DNA from: Eledone cirrhosa
Lineage: Eukaryota
Assembly: GCA_964016885.1 (NCBI GenBank)
Contig: OZ024742.1
Span: forward strand, 127,906,001 to 127,970,000
Reading direction: 5' to 3'
Length of the DNA: 64,000 nucleotides
Numbering within the stretch: position 1 is the stretch's first letter; each line of letters starts with the position of its first letter. A program made the translations under genes and the position numbers. The notes beneath the pieces were generated by a model, which was not told the origin of the DNA, made no database searches, and was given only the letters and a program-made list of their open reading frames with translations. Of this stretch, positions 23,678-35,917 are shown in pieces.

Positions 23678-23749
23678 TATTTCAAATAAGCATGTTTTAA
23701 CGGTCTGTTCTCCTGTATTTTACTTCTCCACGTATATATATATATATAC

Positions 23750-24256
23750 ATTAGTATTTGTGCTCTGAAATAGCAATGTATATATGAATGTATGTATAGT
23801 ATATTTAATAATATACTGTATGTTTATTTTAAAACATTTTGAAGGTCATTCGCTATAAATTTTAAAGTAGTGACTAACGTCACATACCTAGTCTCGGCAA
23901 AATGTTTTTAAATAAACATACAGTATATTATTAAATATACTATACGTACATTCATATATACATCGCTATTTCAGAACACCAATACTAATTTCTACTGGAC
24001 TGGCAACCGCTCTTTATGTTAAGTTTAAACAGCTCAAACTTAACTGGAATTCTATAAGAATCCAGATTCTATAACTCTCGGCAGAAGCGAAGAGTTATAT
24101 AGTCTTTACAACGACTTACAAGTGAGAAATGGCAACTGTCGATTACTCTGCTTTGCTATTGCTGAGACTAGGTATGTGATGTTAGTCACTGCTTTAAAAT
24201 TCATAGCGAATGGCTTTCAAAATGTTTTTAAATAAACATACAGTAAATTATTAAAT
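23750..24256 (+). mobile_element. Non-coding mini-element with inverted and direct terminal repeats and multiple hairpins
   Basis: 23750-23841 is the reverse complement of 23898-23989; 23802-23900 is the reverse complement of 24158-24256; internal hairpins. Confidence 0.6.
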
Positions 24257-24269
24257 TCAAAATAAGTGC

Positions 24270-24500
24270 AGAGCACTAAAAGTCGATGGAAGCCTTAGAG
24301 TGGGGAGACCCAAGAAGACCTGGGATGAGGTGATAAAAGCTGACCTTGCCCAATTGCACCTATCAAAGGCGATGACACAGGACCGAGACCTGTGGCATTA
24401 CACAGTAATACAGAAGACCCAACTTCCCACAAGTACAAGCCAAAACTGAAGCATATAGACAATATGCCCCAACACCCTCCCACTGCAAGGTGGTTGTGGA
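24270..24500 (+). mobile_element. RTE LINE 3' end
   Basis: GRPKKTWDEVIKADL-like motif; similar to 43200-43380 on the other strand. Confidence 0.7.
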
Positions 24501-25078
24501 GGTGTCTCGACAAAAAAGCACTCAGTCCACACTGTAAAATGGTCGTGTAGGTACCACGGTAAAAAAGAACCCCGTACTCACTGTAAATGAGGTTGGTGTT
24601 AGGAATGGCATCTAGCTGTAGAAATCAAGCCAAAATCAGTTCCCGTATGAACAAGACAAGGTCACCTGGCATTGCCCACAACAGGACAACCCGTCTAACC
24701 CATGCTAGTGTGGAAGGATGGACGTAAAATGGTGGATGACTATACATACATTTATATATATATATATAGTGGTTGGTGATAGGAATGGCATCCAGCCGTA
24801 GAAAGCTTGCTAAACAACAGAGTTGGGAAGACCGTCACTTGCCTCAAAGACATGAAAAACTCTCCTGTGCACTCGGTGGAGCATTGACCATACGTGAGAC
24901 ACAGATACCTGGCCTGCCTGGAAGATCAGTGGTTCCGCTTCAGTACTGATTTGGTCTATGTAGACTCGTCTAACCCTTGCTAGCAGGGAAGGTGGACATT
25001 AAAATGATGATGATGATACACAGTTGTGGGTACAAATGAAAGAAAAGAGCTATCATTACATAAACTGGAAGTTGAATA

Positions 25079-25292
25079 TTTATATTAAGTTTGATTTAAC
25101 TCTGCACTATCACTGGTTTCAAGATGAAAACACGTCTATATCATCAGGTGCATTTGAGAAAAGTAAAACGATTTAGTCCCTTACCAGCATAGCCTCAAAC
25201 CCCTTTCTCCATCTTGTTTTACTTTTCTCCAATCCAGGTTTTCATCTTGAAACCACTGGCAGTGCAGAGTTAAGTCAAGCTGTTAATATAAA
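25079..25292. mobile_element. Inverted-repeat Penelope-type terminus with a degenerate hammerhead (25103-25152, minus strand)
   Basis: Arms 25079-25131 and 25238-25292; tgcac-CTGATGA...GAAACC...TA-gtgca. Confidence 0.55.
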
Positions 25293-27127
25293 CATAGATA
25301 AATATAGATACATATGCTGTATTTCTTTGTTACTGGTAAGTTAATTGACTAATATTTCATAAGCTAAAGTAGCATAGCTTTGTTGCACATATATTATACA
25401 ATCAACATCATCATTATTTAACGTTTGTTTTTCCTGTGTGTGTATATATAATCAATGTAGTACAAAATAATCTATTGGATATTTGGAAAGAGTGTTTGAG
25501 GAGTCTGCCCCCATGAATCTCTCAGGAATAACTGGGCAAAGGAGAAGGATATTTGGTTGTCAAATTACATTGGACAATCATAACAAAAATAAACTTCAAA
25601 ATTTAAAAAAAAGTGCACAAATCAATCCATATATTTTAAAAACAGTTAAAATTATTTGTTTGTTTCAAAGTATCCTTTATTTGTTAACAGTTTTATTTTT
25701 TCATGAGATTCTAGCTGATCAGTAAACAGAGGTGAATATTCAGCAAGTATTTTTTCAGTGACATACACCAAAACCATGTTATATAATGTACATAATGTTG
25801 CAATTTAGACTAGATCTTTAATAATCATTAGAATCTTAAGCCCTCATCACAAAGAATCATAAAAATGAGTATTTTATTTTACATGAACATAGCTGCTGGT
25901 CACAGATGAGGTTAAATACCATCATCTAAAAAATGATGACTGCAGTGAAATACAAATTCCTCATTTACACAGGATTACAATTATCAACAGGTAATCCATC
26001 ATAAACAAAAATACAAGATAATTTTGTTATAAAACTGTGTTTCTATATACTGGAGAAACTAACTTTCCCAGTAAAAGCTATATATCACATATAATGAATA
26101 CACACACATCACACAAATTTCTTTGTGTAGTTTGCAACAACAAAAGTGCTACATTAAAATGAAGACATAAATAGGCAATCTTCTCCAAAATTGCAGAGTA
26201 ATTTAGCTGCTTAAATAAAAAATAATGACTAGAAAAAAAAAAGATTCATATTTTTAAAATTTAGTTAAACATATAGCAAAATGGTTTCTAAATAAGACAA
26301 TAATTACAAAAAGTAAAATAAAACATGGTAATAAATTTCTGCCAAATCTCACATTAATTGAATTTCATGGGACAGAATATTTGAGAAAGAAACTCTAAAA
26401 GAATTAATACAAATGACATGCAAACACCCCATGATTCCTAGATTACCACATATATAGTATACACAAACTCTTAGTTTGAGCAGTCAAAATTTGCAAAATA
26501 TATGTTTCATTTATAATGTGTGAATTATATATATATATTAAGAAATGCTTTCATTAAAGCCATTATATCACCCATATTTGGGGGTCAGCTTGTGTTACAT
26601 TCCTGGCAATGAAACCTCTTAACTTCCTTCCCTCAATGACTTTACTTATAAGGCTTAACAACAGCTAAGTAAACAAGAATTTATATTTTGTGCCAAAATA
26701 TGAAGAAAAAGTAAGAGCACTCAACCTATCATCCAAGTAACTTCTTCATAAATATAAAATCATGGAAAGACAATGAAATATAAATAATTTTTTTTTCTCT
26801 TTGGTATTTTGCATTTCTTTGTCTTATGACTACATATTCTCTTCAAGATGTTTTCAAGTTTGGCTACACACACACATATATATATAATTTTTACGAAGAT
26901 ATTGGGCAAATTAGAACATTTTAAATTTTTTACTCTTCTTATCAAAAGCTACTACAATGCAAATCAACTATAAAATAGTTGAATAAGTTAAGTAAATTAT
27001 TCTTGGATAAAGAAAAAAGTGGAAGACATGTGGTTCAATTTCTGCCACCTTTTCTGTCTCCAACTTATTCAATTATTTTATAGTTAATATGCTTTTAATA
27101 AGAAAAGCAAATAACTCTTCATATATA

Positions 27128-27240
27128 TATATATATATGAAAATAGGGAGAAAGAGACGATTATGAGGAAGAAAAAATTTTTTTTTTCTCCTTTTTTTTT
27201 TTCTTCCTCCTCATAATCGTTTCTTTCTCCCTATTTTCAT
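27128..27240. repeat. Foldback/MITE-like inverted repeat between (TA)n tracts
   Basis: tgaaaatagggagaaagagacgattatgagg / cctcataatcgtttctttctccctattttca. Confidence 0.75.
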
Positions 27241-27288
27241 ATATATATATATATATATATCCTAACTCGTGTGCCTCCTCTCCACATT

Positions 27289-27332
<44 letters not shown>

Positions 27333-27402
27333 ACTTTTACAAAGTTAGCTAGGGGAGATTCCCAGCAGAGCAACCTAAAATAAGCCTGCTCTATTGTTAT
27401 TG

Positions 27403-27530
27403 TATATTAGAAAGAGTTGAGGACCTGATGGCTGAGCTCTTGCCATTTCGACAGCTAATTCCAGACTGGAATTACCTGTCAAAGTGGCAAGAGCTCACTC
27501 AGCCATCGAACCCCAACTCTTTCTGATATA
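27403..27530. repeat. ~125-nt near-perfect palindrome, probably an inverted Penelope pLTR junction
   Basis: Centre taattccag-a-ctggaatta; arms pair out to tattagaaagagttg / caactctttctgata. Confidence 0.75.
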
Positions 27531-28264
27531 GTCACACTCTACTATCCGAAGTATTGAGTACTCTGCTGAATAATGGTCTTACTAGTTTAATACTGATTTA
27601 ATCCTGATATATATATATATATATATATGCATTTATGCATGTGTGTGGATTTATACACAGAGAGATATATATGTAGATATCCTTGCAGAGTAAATATAAA
27701 TGAAATTTAATTTAATTAAATGTAGAAAGTCAGATATATATATAAAGAGAAATGTATTGAAATACTTGTTGAAATAAAGGTGGGAAGCCATAGTTTCTGG
27801 TCAAATTAATTTCAAATTTATCAATCAAATGAAAAATAGTGGGTTGACTTTCGAAAACAAATTTAGAATGAATAGTCAGAAAATACTGTTATTAGAATTG
27901 TAGAAGCATCTCAAATGTAATCTTAGAGGAAAATCACAGAGTCTTGTGCGTACACAGACACATACATGTACTGAAAATATATACAAACACATTCTCAAAT
28001 AAATACATACATACATAAAATAAAGGCAATTTTCATCCATTTTAAAAATTCAATGTATATTAATGTATGGATGTATTTACTCCAAAATATTGGCCCATTT
28101 AGATTTTAGTATATTGTTATTGTAATATACTCAAAAGACCCCTCTCACACACACACAAAGAAAGTCAAAGAAATAAATTTTCTTCATTTGAAAAAAACAT
28201 AATTGTAAATTTTCCATATTTATAATGGATCCTGCTTTATCAATATAAACAAGCATATCAAATT

Positions 28265-28659
28265 CTAATGGCTGTTCTCAGGATTGGTAAAAGCACTTGA
28301 ATCTTGTGTTCGTTCTGCTTGACTGGGCAGAACTTCCCATTGATCACCAGTGTTAAGAGAAGAGGATGATGAGGACGATGTATCCCAGTTCAGTCCATCA
28401 GAATTGTCTTGTGGATTTACTACCATAGTGTTACTGTGAGAAACCAAATTTGCTGAGGAATCTAGAGATGATGTCATCAGTTCTTGTGATACTACTGGCA
28501 TGGTTACTGGAGGTTGTTCAGCAAGATCATTGCTGTTACTGACTCCTACAGTTGGAGATCGATGACGAAGGTTAGTGTCATTTTCAAAACCTCTTGCTGA
28601 TGTCACTGATGACACAGCATCAGTAAGTTCTCCCAAAATTTCAATATTTTCATTTTTAC
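28265..28659 (-). CDS. LDAF1: LDAF1-like last coding exon (S/T/N/D-rich)
   Basis: tttcag| acceptor, phase 1, open to TAG. Confidence 0.8.
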
Positions 28660-29365
28660 CTGAAAAATAAAACAATATACAATACAAATGACATAGTTTA
28701 TTACCAGAAACAATTCATATCTAAAAATTGTATATTACTTAGCCACATGTCCATCTTTCTTCCCCTCTCTCATTTTTATGTAACAACGTGACCCGTTGGG
28801 TCACGTTCACTTCTAGATATTTAAAAAAATCGTGTTCACTTAAAAATAATTTTTAAATAATTAAAATATACACAGACATGTATATAATGTGAAATGAAAC
28901 TGGAAGGCCCATATATATATAAATGTGTGTTTGTATACATATATGGCTCAGTAATAGAGAAGACCCGCCTTACCTAAATACAAAGTAAAACCTACTACAG
29001 TCAGTAGGCATCTCTATCAAAACACACCTCCGTCCCACCACCCCCACCCCATCCACACCGCCCCTTTCAATGTAAAGTTATGTTGGTGCCACAACATCCA
29101 GGTCGAAACAAATGAGGTCGTGTAGGTGTCACGACAAAAAACACACAGTCCACGATGTAATGTGGCCGTGTAGGCAACACGGTAAAAACCTCCCAGCCCC
29201 ACACTGTAAATGTGGTTGGTGTTAGGAAGGGCATCCAGCTGTAGAAAACCCGCCAGACAGTCCTATGCGAGCAAGACAATCACTCTTGCCTCAAGTGGGA
29301 AAACCCCCGTCCAAACCCATGCAAGCGTGGAACACGGACGTTAAACGTTGATGATGATGATGATA

Positions 29366-29425
<60 letters not shown>

Positions 29426-29457
29426 GGCGTCTGTGATCTATATACACTGGTCATATA

Positions 29458-29488
<31 letters not shown>

Positions 29489-31987
29489 GTGGGTGTCTGT
29501 GATCTATATACACTGGTCATAGACACACACATATATACACAACACCACCAGCTCCCTTCCATTCTCCTTCTCTGTCTCTATTTCTCTCTTTCAATCTATT
29601 CTGTCACAACCACTATCTCTTCCTCTCTATCTTTCTCTTTCTCTCTGTTTATGAAGGTGCCCAGAAAAACCCTATATCTTGGGAATCTGTGGTCTGATTT
29701 ATGCAAAACTTGTTTTATTCCATTTGTATTCCCATTTCAGAGTCTACTTTCTTTCAAAATATTTTCCCATTATGCACCCTTCTGGCTGTATTACATTACA
29801 GACAAGCAAGCAAGCAAGCAATCGCAGACTTTTAGTAATATATAGATATATTTCTTTATTAGCCACAGGGGCACAAAAGAAGGGGACAAATACAAAGGGG
29901 GAAGTTTACATACAATAAAAACGTGTAAAATGTTATCACAAATGCAATTTAAAAAGTTAGTCGATTTTCCCCAATAGGGGGAGACAGTTCATATGGGTAA
30001 CACATACCCCGGAAAAAATGTGCAACCCTCATCTCCAGGAGTACGAAGAGTTTGTACTCCTTTCCTCTCCTCCTCCTTTTCCTCAACCTACAGGCTGATA
30101 TAGAGAGAAGGCCCATTCACTCGGGCCATTCTCGCCACTTTCACCCACCTTTCATAAAACTTGCTGGGGTACAGCACCTCTCTCTCCATCCTGATTCTTC
30201 TTCCAAAGTGGTATTTGAAAAAAAGAATCAGTTGTTGGCCGGAGAGAAAGGTGTCTGACCTCAGCCCTTTCAACCTTGTCCACCATACAACATCTTTCGC
30301 CTTAGCTATCACACAAAGGAAAACCGCCTCTCCTTCATTTTTGAAGGAGGGTGGCGGTTTGATCATGACAATGGACTCGGTGGTCAACCGGATTGGTCAC
30401 ACCCGCGACAATAGTCGTTCTACATAGCCCCACAGGTCAGTGACGCCCAGGCATTGTATGAATGTGTGCACGACGGTTTCTTCGTCTCGCACGCACCTCG
30501 GACAGATCTTTTTTTGCAAGGTCCCTGCCCGGGCGCCCATGTCTGTAGAGCTTGTCTCGAACTGGTAGAGCTCCTCGGTAGCACTGCCAGGCCAGGGACT
30601 TTTGGAAGTTGTCCATCGGTCCCGGCGGAAGGTCCTACCAAACAGACTGGCCAGTTCATCTTCCTCTACGCCTAGAGTTTCACCGAGTGCGCCGTCGCAC
30701 TTGCTGCGGATCAACCCTCTATAGAATGACGAAGTGGAGTCTCCACTGATCGGCGGGTCCGCCTGCCAGAGGGCTGTGAGCCCCTGAGCACATTCGATGT
30801 GCCAGTCGCCCATTTTCCTTGGTTTTTGCTTGACCCAGGACTGCAGCTCGGTCAGCGAGACGAGTCGTGGGAAGGCTCGCCTCACGAACGGGGCCCACAC
30901 CGGTTGTCCGGTGAGGAATACGTAGAGATGCCGCAGCCTGAGCACGTGTTTGCGCATCGTCAGCCACGGCATCCCCAGCCCTCCGTTAGAAGGGTGTTGG
31001 CAGCAGATGGATCTTCTCACCAATATATAGATAGATAGATAATTTGTTCCTCTACTGCTGTCTTGCTTCAAACTATGTGTTTTACTTCTCTTTCCATTCC
31101 TCATTCACTTCATTTATTATTTGCTCTCTCTCTATTGATATCTATTTTTCTATTTTATCTCCCCTCATAGATGCTTTTGACTACTGCTGTTGTGCTTTGT
31201 TTCTTCTCTCTTTTCACCCCTCCTACCAAGAACACTCTTACTATCTATTTTTCTTTTACTTTCACACAACTTCCACTTTCTTATAATATTACCAAAAACT
31301 CCCTAATATTGGCAAGATTTATATATCAAAAGTTATATTATTAAAAATACAAACAAAAATAAAACCACTTCTTAGGTTCTCTAATTGTTCACTATTTCAT
31401 CCCTGTTTACATTTCCATAACTTTTGTCACTTGCATTTCTAAATCATTTAATTTTTGCATTTCTTTAAAAAATATTTTCTTCAATGTTTCTTTCACAATG
31501 ATCTATCAGCCAGTAAAAAATACAGAATGTAAAGAGGTAAGTAATAACAACAATAATAATTCAAGGTGTTTACTCACTTGCAATTTGGTTTTCAAGAGGA
31601 ATATCATGGTTGGCAAGTATTTCATGGTCTGATTGTGTATTTGTAATAGATTGTGACTGATTTGATTCTATAACATTATCCACATTATCTGCTTGGTTAT
31701 TTGCTGATAGACCATTAGGAGTTGGCTGACTATTTTGAGGTGGAGAACTGGATGTCACATTTTCTACTGGAACTGATGATGATGTTAGCTCTGATGTCAA
31801 TGAAGGATAGATTGTATTAGTTGGTGAGCTGGTGGTAACAGGATTATCAGGTTGAAATGGTGGAGCTGGTGGAGGAGTATGTTGTTGTTGTTGTTGTTGT
31901 TGTTGTTCTGGTGGAGGAGTATGTTGTTGTTGTTCTGGTGGAGGAGTATGTTGTTGTTGTTGTTGTTGTTGTTCTGGTGGAGGAGTA

Positions 31988-32018
<31 letters not shown>

Positions 32019-35000
32019 GATAATTGTGAGCATGCTGGAACTGCTGATGAAAACGATTGAAAACATCAATACTTTTATGAAAGACGAATAAACCAACTGC
32101 TACTGAGAGACTGAAGATAATTGATAATACACCCATAAGAATGAGAACTCCTCCCAATATGATAGTAGCAAATGTTAGCACAGTGCCTGAAAATTAAAGA
32201 AAAGAAAAAAAAAACTGTCATCAGTAAAGCAATGGTAATTATATAATTACATATTAAAACAATTTTAAAACATCCTTAAATAGTTATTCCCTATCTTAAA
32301 ATATTTCCAAGTGCTTAGCTCTGGTTAAGTGGATGAGAGAGGAATCTATTGAATAGAATACTAGTATATCTACTGAATAGAATACTAGTATATAAGTATA
32401 TGAACTGAGTCACACACAGTTATCTAACACAATACCTTCAGTAGATATGAACTAGCAAGTAGTTCAATATCTTTAATTTAGCAATAGCACCTCTACTAAA
32501 TAAATATTATCTTTCAAATTATATTTCAAATTTTAAAACAAATCTTTATTATATAAACTTCATTGATCATGCAAACTATATACAATACTACAGTTCTATA
32601 GTTTAGATCACAATTCACCAAGCTTTTATCTAATTACAAGCAATCAAAACACTCTTTTAATATGATTATGGCTAGCTTAATCAATTATCCATATAAAAGC
32701 AACATATATATAAATACGTATATAGAAATTTATAATTGGAAGATAACCTGGCAGTCTAAATTCGATTTTCATGGGTATCAATGCTTATTTCTACTTTAGC
32801 AAAATCGAAATAATATAACGTTCGACTATAGCATTTGACTTTAATATATCAAATATTTTAATTTCTATAAATAAAAATCTACAAAGAAAGTTTAATACAA
32901 CAAGTGAAACATTGAGCACAAAAATTAACTCTGATACACAATATATTGTGTCTAAATGGTTGAAAGTTCTCATTTACATGTTTGGAAATGTAATCTACAA
33001 TGTAAGCTTCTAGAGTATTATCTGCACCTATGAAACTATAGCAAATGTAAAAAATCCTAATATACTTAACTACTTAAAAGATACAAATTTCAAAGAACTT
33101 GTTTTTGTATGTTATCTTGCAGCTTATATCTAGTATAATATTTGCTGCCACACAACAGAGAAAGTGATGTTTTTATATATTCTGTCCACTCACTACAATT
33201 ATACCTATCAATCTGAATAATTTAAATACTACCTAAGAAAGTTATTTGGACAAAATCAGATTATATTATCTGTGCACAATCACATGCAATACCTGCTTGT
33301 GATTCATTGAATCCTGTGCTGAAGTTTTGTTCAGGATTGTCACTCGACACGGCTTGTGAACATCTGGCCAGTGATTGGAACTGTTCCATTAAATATCGTT
33401 CCAGAGAGGAAATGCTGTATTCAGAGCCTGTGAGTCATAGTGTAGAAGGGAGTAGAGTTAGGAGAAAGTCATATTAATTCAGTGCAGTTAATGCCTAACT
33501 TAAAATATTGGAGGAATTATTCTTAGTGAGACAATACCAAAATATAGGAGGAATTATTCTTAGTGAGACAGTGCCAAAATAAGACAGCGTTATAACAGAA
33601 ACAAAACAAGGCATATTGTTTAGAGGAGGTTATCTACTACATCTTAACACACAAACTAACTCATTTGAATATTTCATGTATGTAGTCTTTATTAGTTTAC
33701 TCATGTACCCAGGTCGTCAAAGATGCCAACAGATTTATTAATTATAAAGAATGGCACATCTGTTCAAACGAGTTGATAAATTTCTTACTTTTGCATTTAA
33801 TAGTATAATATAACAGTTTGATCTTAACCAAAAGGCTGAGAACAATAATTTGTAAATGTGATAGTGCATCCTGCTCACTAAAAGGTGATGGGTCACAACG
33901 ATATATAAGCGTATAGACAGGATGAAAGGTAAATTTGACTTCGGCAGGATTTGAACTCAGAGTGTAATGAACCAGAACAAATACAAGAAAGCATTAAACC
34001 CTATATTCAAGTCACTCTGCCAATTTTCTGTCTATAAAACAAAACTAATAACTACGAAATAAAAATATTTTGGGTACATCATATATATTGTTTATTTATC
34101 ATAATAGCTTGTTACTTGAAGGCAACAAAAGATTCAGTTAGTTACAAGGAGGAAAGCAAATGCTCCTAAAACACCATGCAACAAAATGTAACTTTATAAT
34201 ACTTACATTATTCCTTTGACTTACAACCTTACATAATAAACCCCTCCCACATTTTTATTAATGGCATAGTCAGAGAAGGAAGAAAGCATAACTGTAGTGT
34301 CACTCAGCACATTAAAATACTGAGTTATCTTCAGACATTGTTCAAATACATAGCATAGGCATGGTTGTGTGATTAAGGAGTTCACTTTGCAATCACGTGG
34401 TTTTCGGTTCAGTCCTACTGTACTGTATCTTGGGCAAGTGTCTTTCACTATAGCCCCAGGCTAATTAATGCCTTGTAAAAGAATTTGGTAGATGAAAACT
34501 GTAGGAAGCCCATTATATATATATATATATATATTGGTGCAGGCATGGTTGTGAGGTTAAGAGGTTTGCTTGAGAACCATGCAGATTTTTGTTTAATCCC
34601 AATGCATGTCAACTTGGGCATCTTCCGCTATAACCCTGGGGGCAACCAATGCTTTGTAATCGAATTTGGTAACAGAAACTGTAGGAAGTCCATCATGTGT
34701 GTGAATATATATATACATATGTGTATATGTGTGTGCATGGGAGTCACTGTGAATATCATAGCAACACTGTCATAAAACCTGTGGTGACAGTCGATCATAT
34801 TGTTTGTTGCAGTTCAATAAAAACATTAGTGGATTATACTATGCTTAGAATAAGGTATGGGCTGGCATTGAGAAGGGAATCCAGCTGTAGAAAACCTGCA
34901 GTAAAAGGATCTTATAAGGAAGCATGTAAAAATAGACATTTCAATGATGATGTAAATGTGTCCCCCTGCTTTCGTTGACATCACTTAACAAGCAGTGGTG

Positions 35001-35778
35001 TTGGTTTATGTTCAATAACTATGCAGCCTGACAGATCAATAAAATAAGTACTAGACTTGAATATATGATTGACTAATCCCCTTGAAACTGGTGCCTCAGC
35101 ATGGTTACAGTCTAATGACTGAAACAAATAAAAGAATAAATACTTGCAACAGAGTGAACTCTGCTAAAAGTTCCCAATGGCCAGGTGGTGAAACCATTTA
35201 TTGTTGAGACTTTAGTCTGGTGTACCCACTCAGACATAGTAATTCATTTCTATGAAAGCCAACACAACAATTACCATATAAGCAGCAGTCTAACCACTAC
35301 TTTCTAAAAATATAGTGTCTTGAACAAAAATGAAGCTGTTAACGCTTTTAAAACCAATTAATACGACTCAAATCATTGTGTTTTAAACCATTCATATTTA
35401 TATGTATACTTTCTATCACAATTTTATGTAAGACGTTCCAAACACAAACTTAAGAATAGGAAAGATAATTGTTTTACAATTTATTGAAACACATTGGCAG
35501 TGCATTTCATTAAAAATATGGTCACAAAAGTATTAAAAATACTTACCTTCAAGAAACATAAACCCACCAAATGTAAGGAAAATACTGAAAAGGGTAAAAG
35601 CAAAGAAACAGGCAACAGGAACACTGCATAATACAATAGTGAAAATTCCAAACATTGTGATGAAAGGATGATTGGCTGCAAATGTTTTAAGCTTCTCCAA
35701 GCGGTTAGTAAGGTCAAAATTTTCTACCAGATCCTGATAAATGTGGGAGAGAATTGTGCTGAAGCTTTCGTTCTCCAT
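28265..35778 (-). CDS. LDAF1: Promethin/LDAF1 (TMEM159)-like membrane protein with a long C-terminal low-complexity tail, 411 aa
   Basis: Exons 35547-35778, 31578-32186 and 28265-28659 join in frame at GT-AG sites. HPF...SVPV..F..F...EG motif followed by long hydrophobic hairpins, typical of the promethin domain. An in-frame stop lies upstream of the ATG. Confidence 0.8.
29850..31021 (-). mobile_element. 5'-truncated Tx1/L1-like LINE (RT end, zinc-finger region, 3' UTR) in an LDAF1 intron
   Basis: GGLGMPWL and CPRC..DEETVVH..IQC; paralogous to 40360-41560. Confidence 0.85.
31578..32186 (-). CDS. LDAF1: LDAF1-like coding exon 2 (TM segments plus polyH/polyQ, HTPPPEQ repeats)
   Basis: tttcag| and |gtgagt; phase 1-1. 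Confidence 0.85.
35547..35778 (-). CDS. LDAF1: LDAF1-like coding exon 1 (exon begins at 35808 in the 5' UTR)
   Basis: ttttacag| acceptor, ATG at 35778, g|gtaagt donor. Confidence 0.85.
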
Positions 35779-35885
35779 GTTTAATAGCTTGTATTGCAGC
35801 TACTTTAACTGTAAAAGAAAAAAATATATATGTGTGTGCTTGTGTATATATATATATAAGCATGGAAAAATTGACACAAAATGAT

Positions 35886-35917
<32 letters not shown>

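Larger units (their letters stand above)
20011..23733 (-). mobile_element. Near full-length, decayed Penelope-like retroelement (Naiad-type) with direct pseudo-LTRs and an inverted 5' pLTR
   Basis: ORF 23368 to 20617 broken by stops and frameshifts: SLKCIP..RWKAY, SDKT, FDIDSYY, MGSSD, GVYRDD, CNCR..CPL.GNC linker and GIY-YIG (VIY..YIG). Direct repeats ~20011-20205 and ~23420-23614; inverted copy 23615-23733. Confidence 0.92.

Noticed and set aside
24160-24215. HDV-like ribozyme suggested by GCGAATGG
   Set aside because: Too little sequence between the putative P2 strands for P1, P3 and P1.1; kept only as an unclassified structure.
31797-32096. PolyN, polyL and polyV ORFs
   Set aside because: Alternative frames and antisense of the (CAA)n coding repeat in the LDAF1-like exon.
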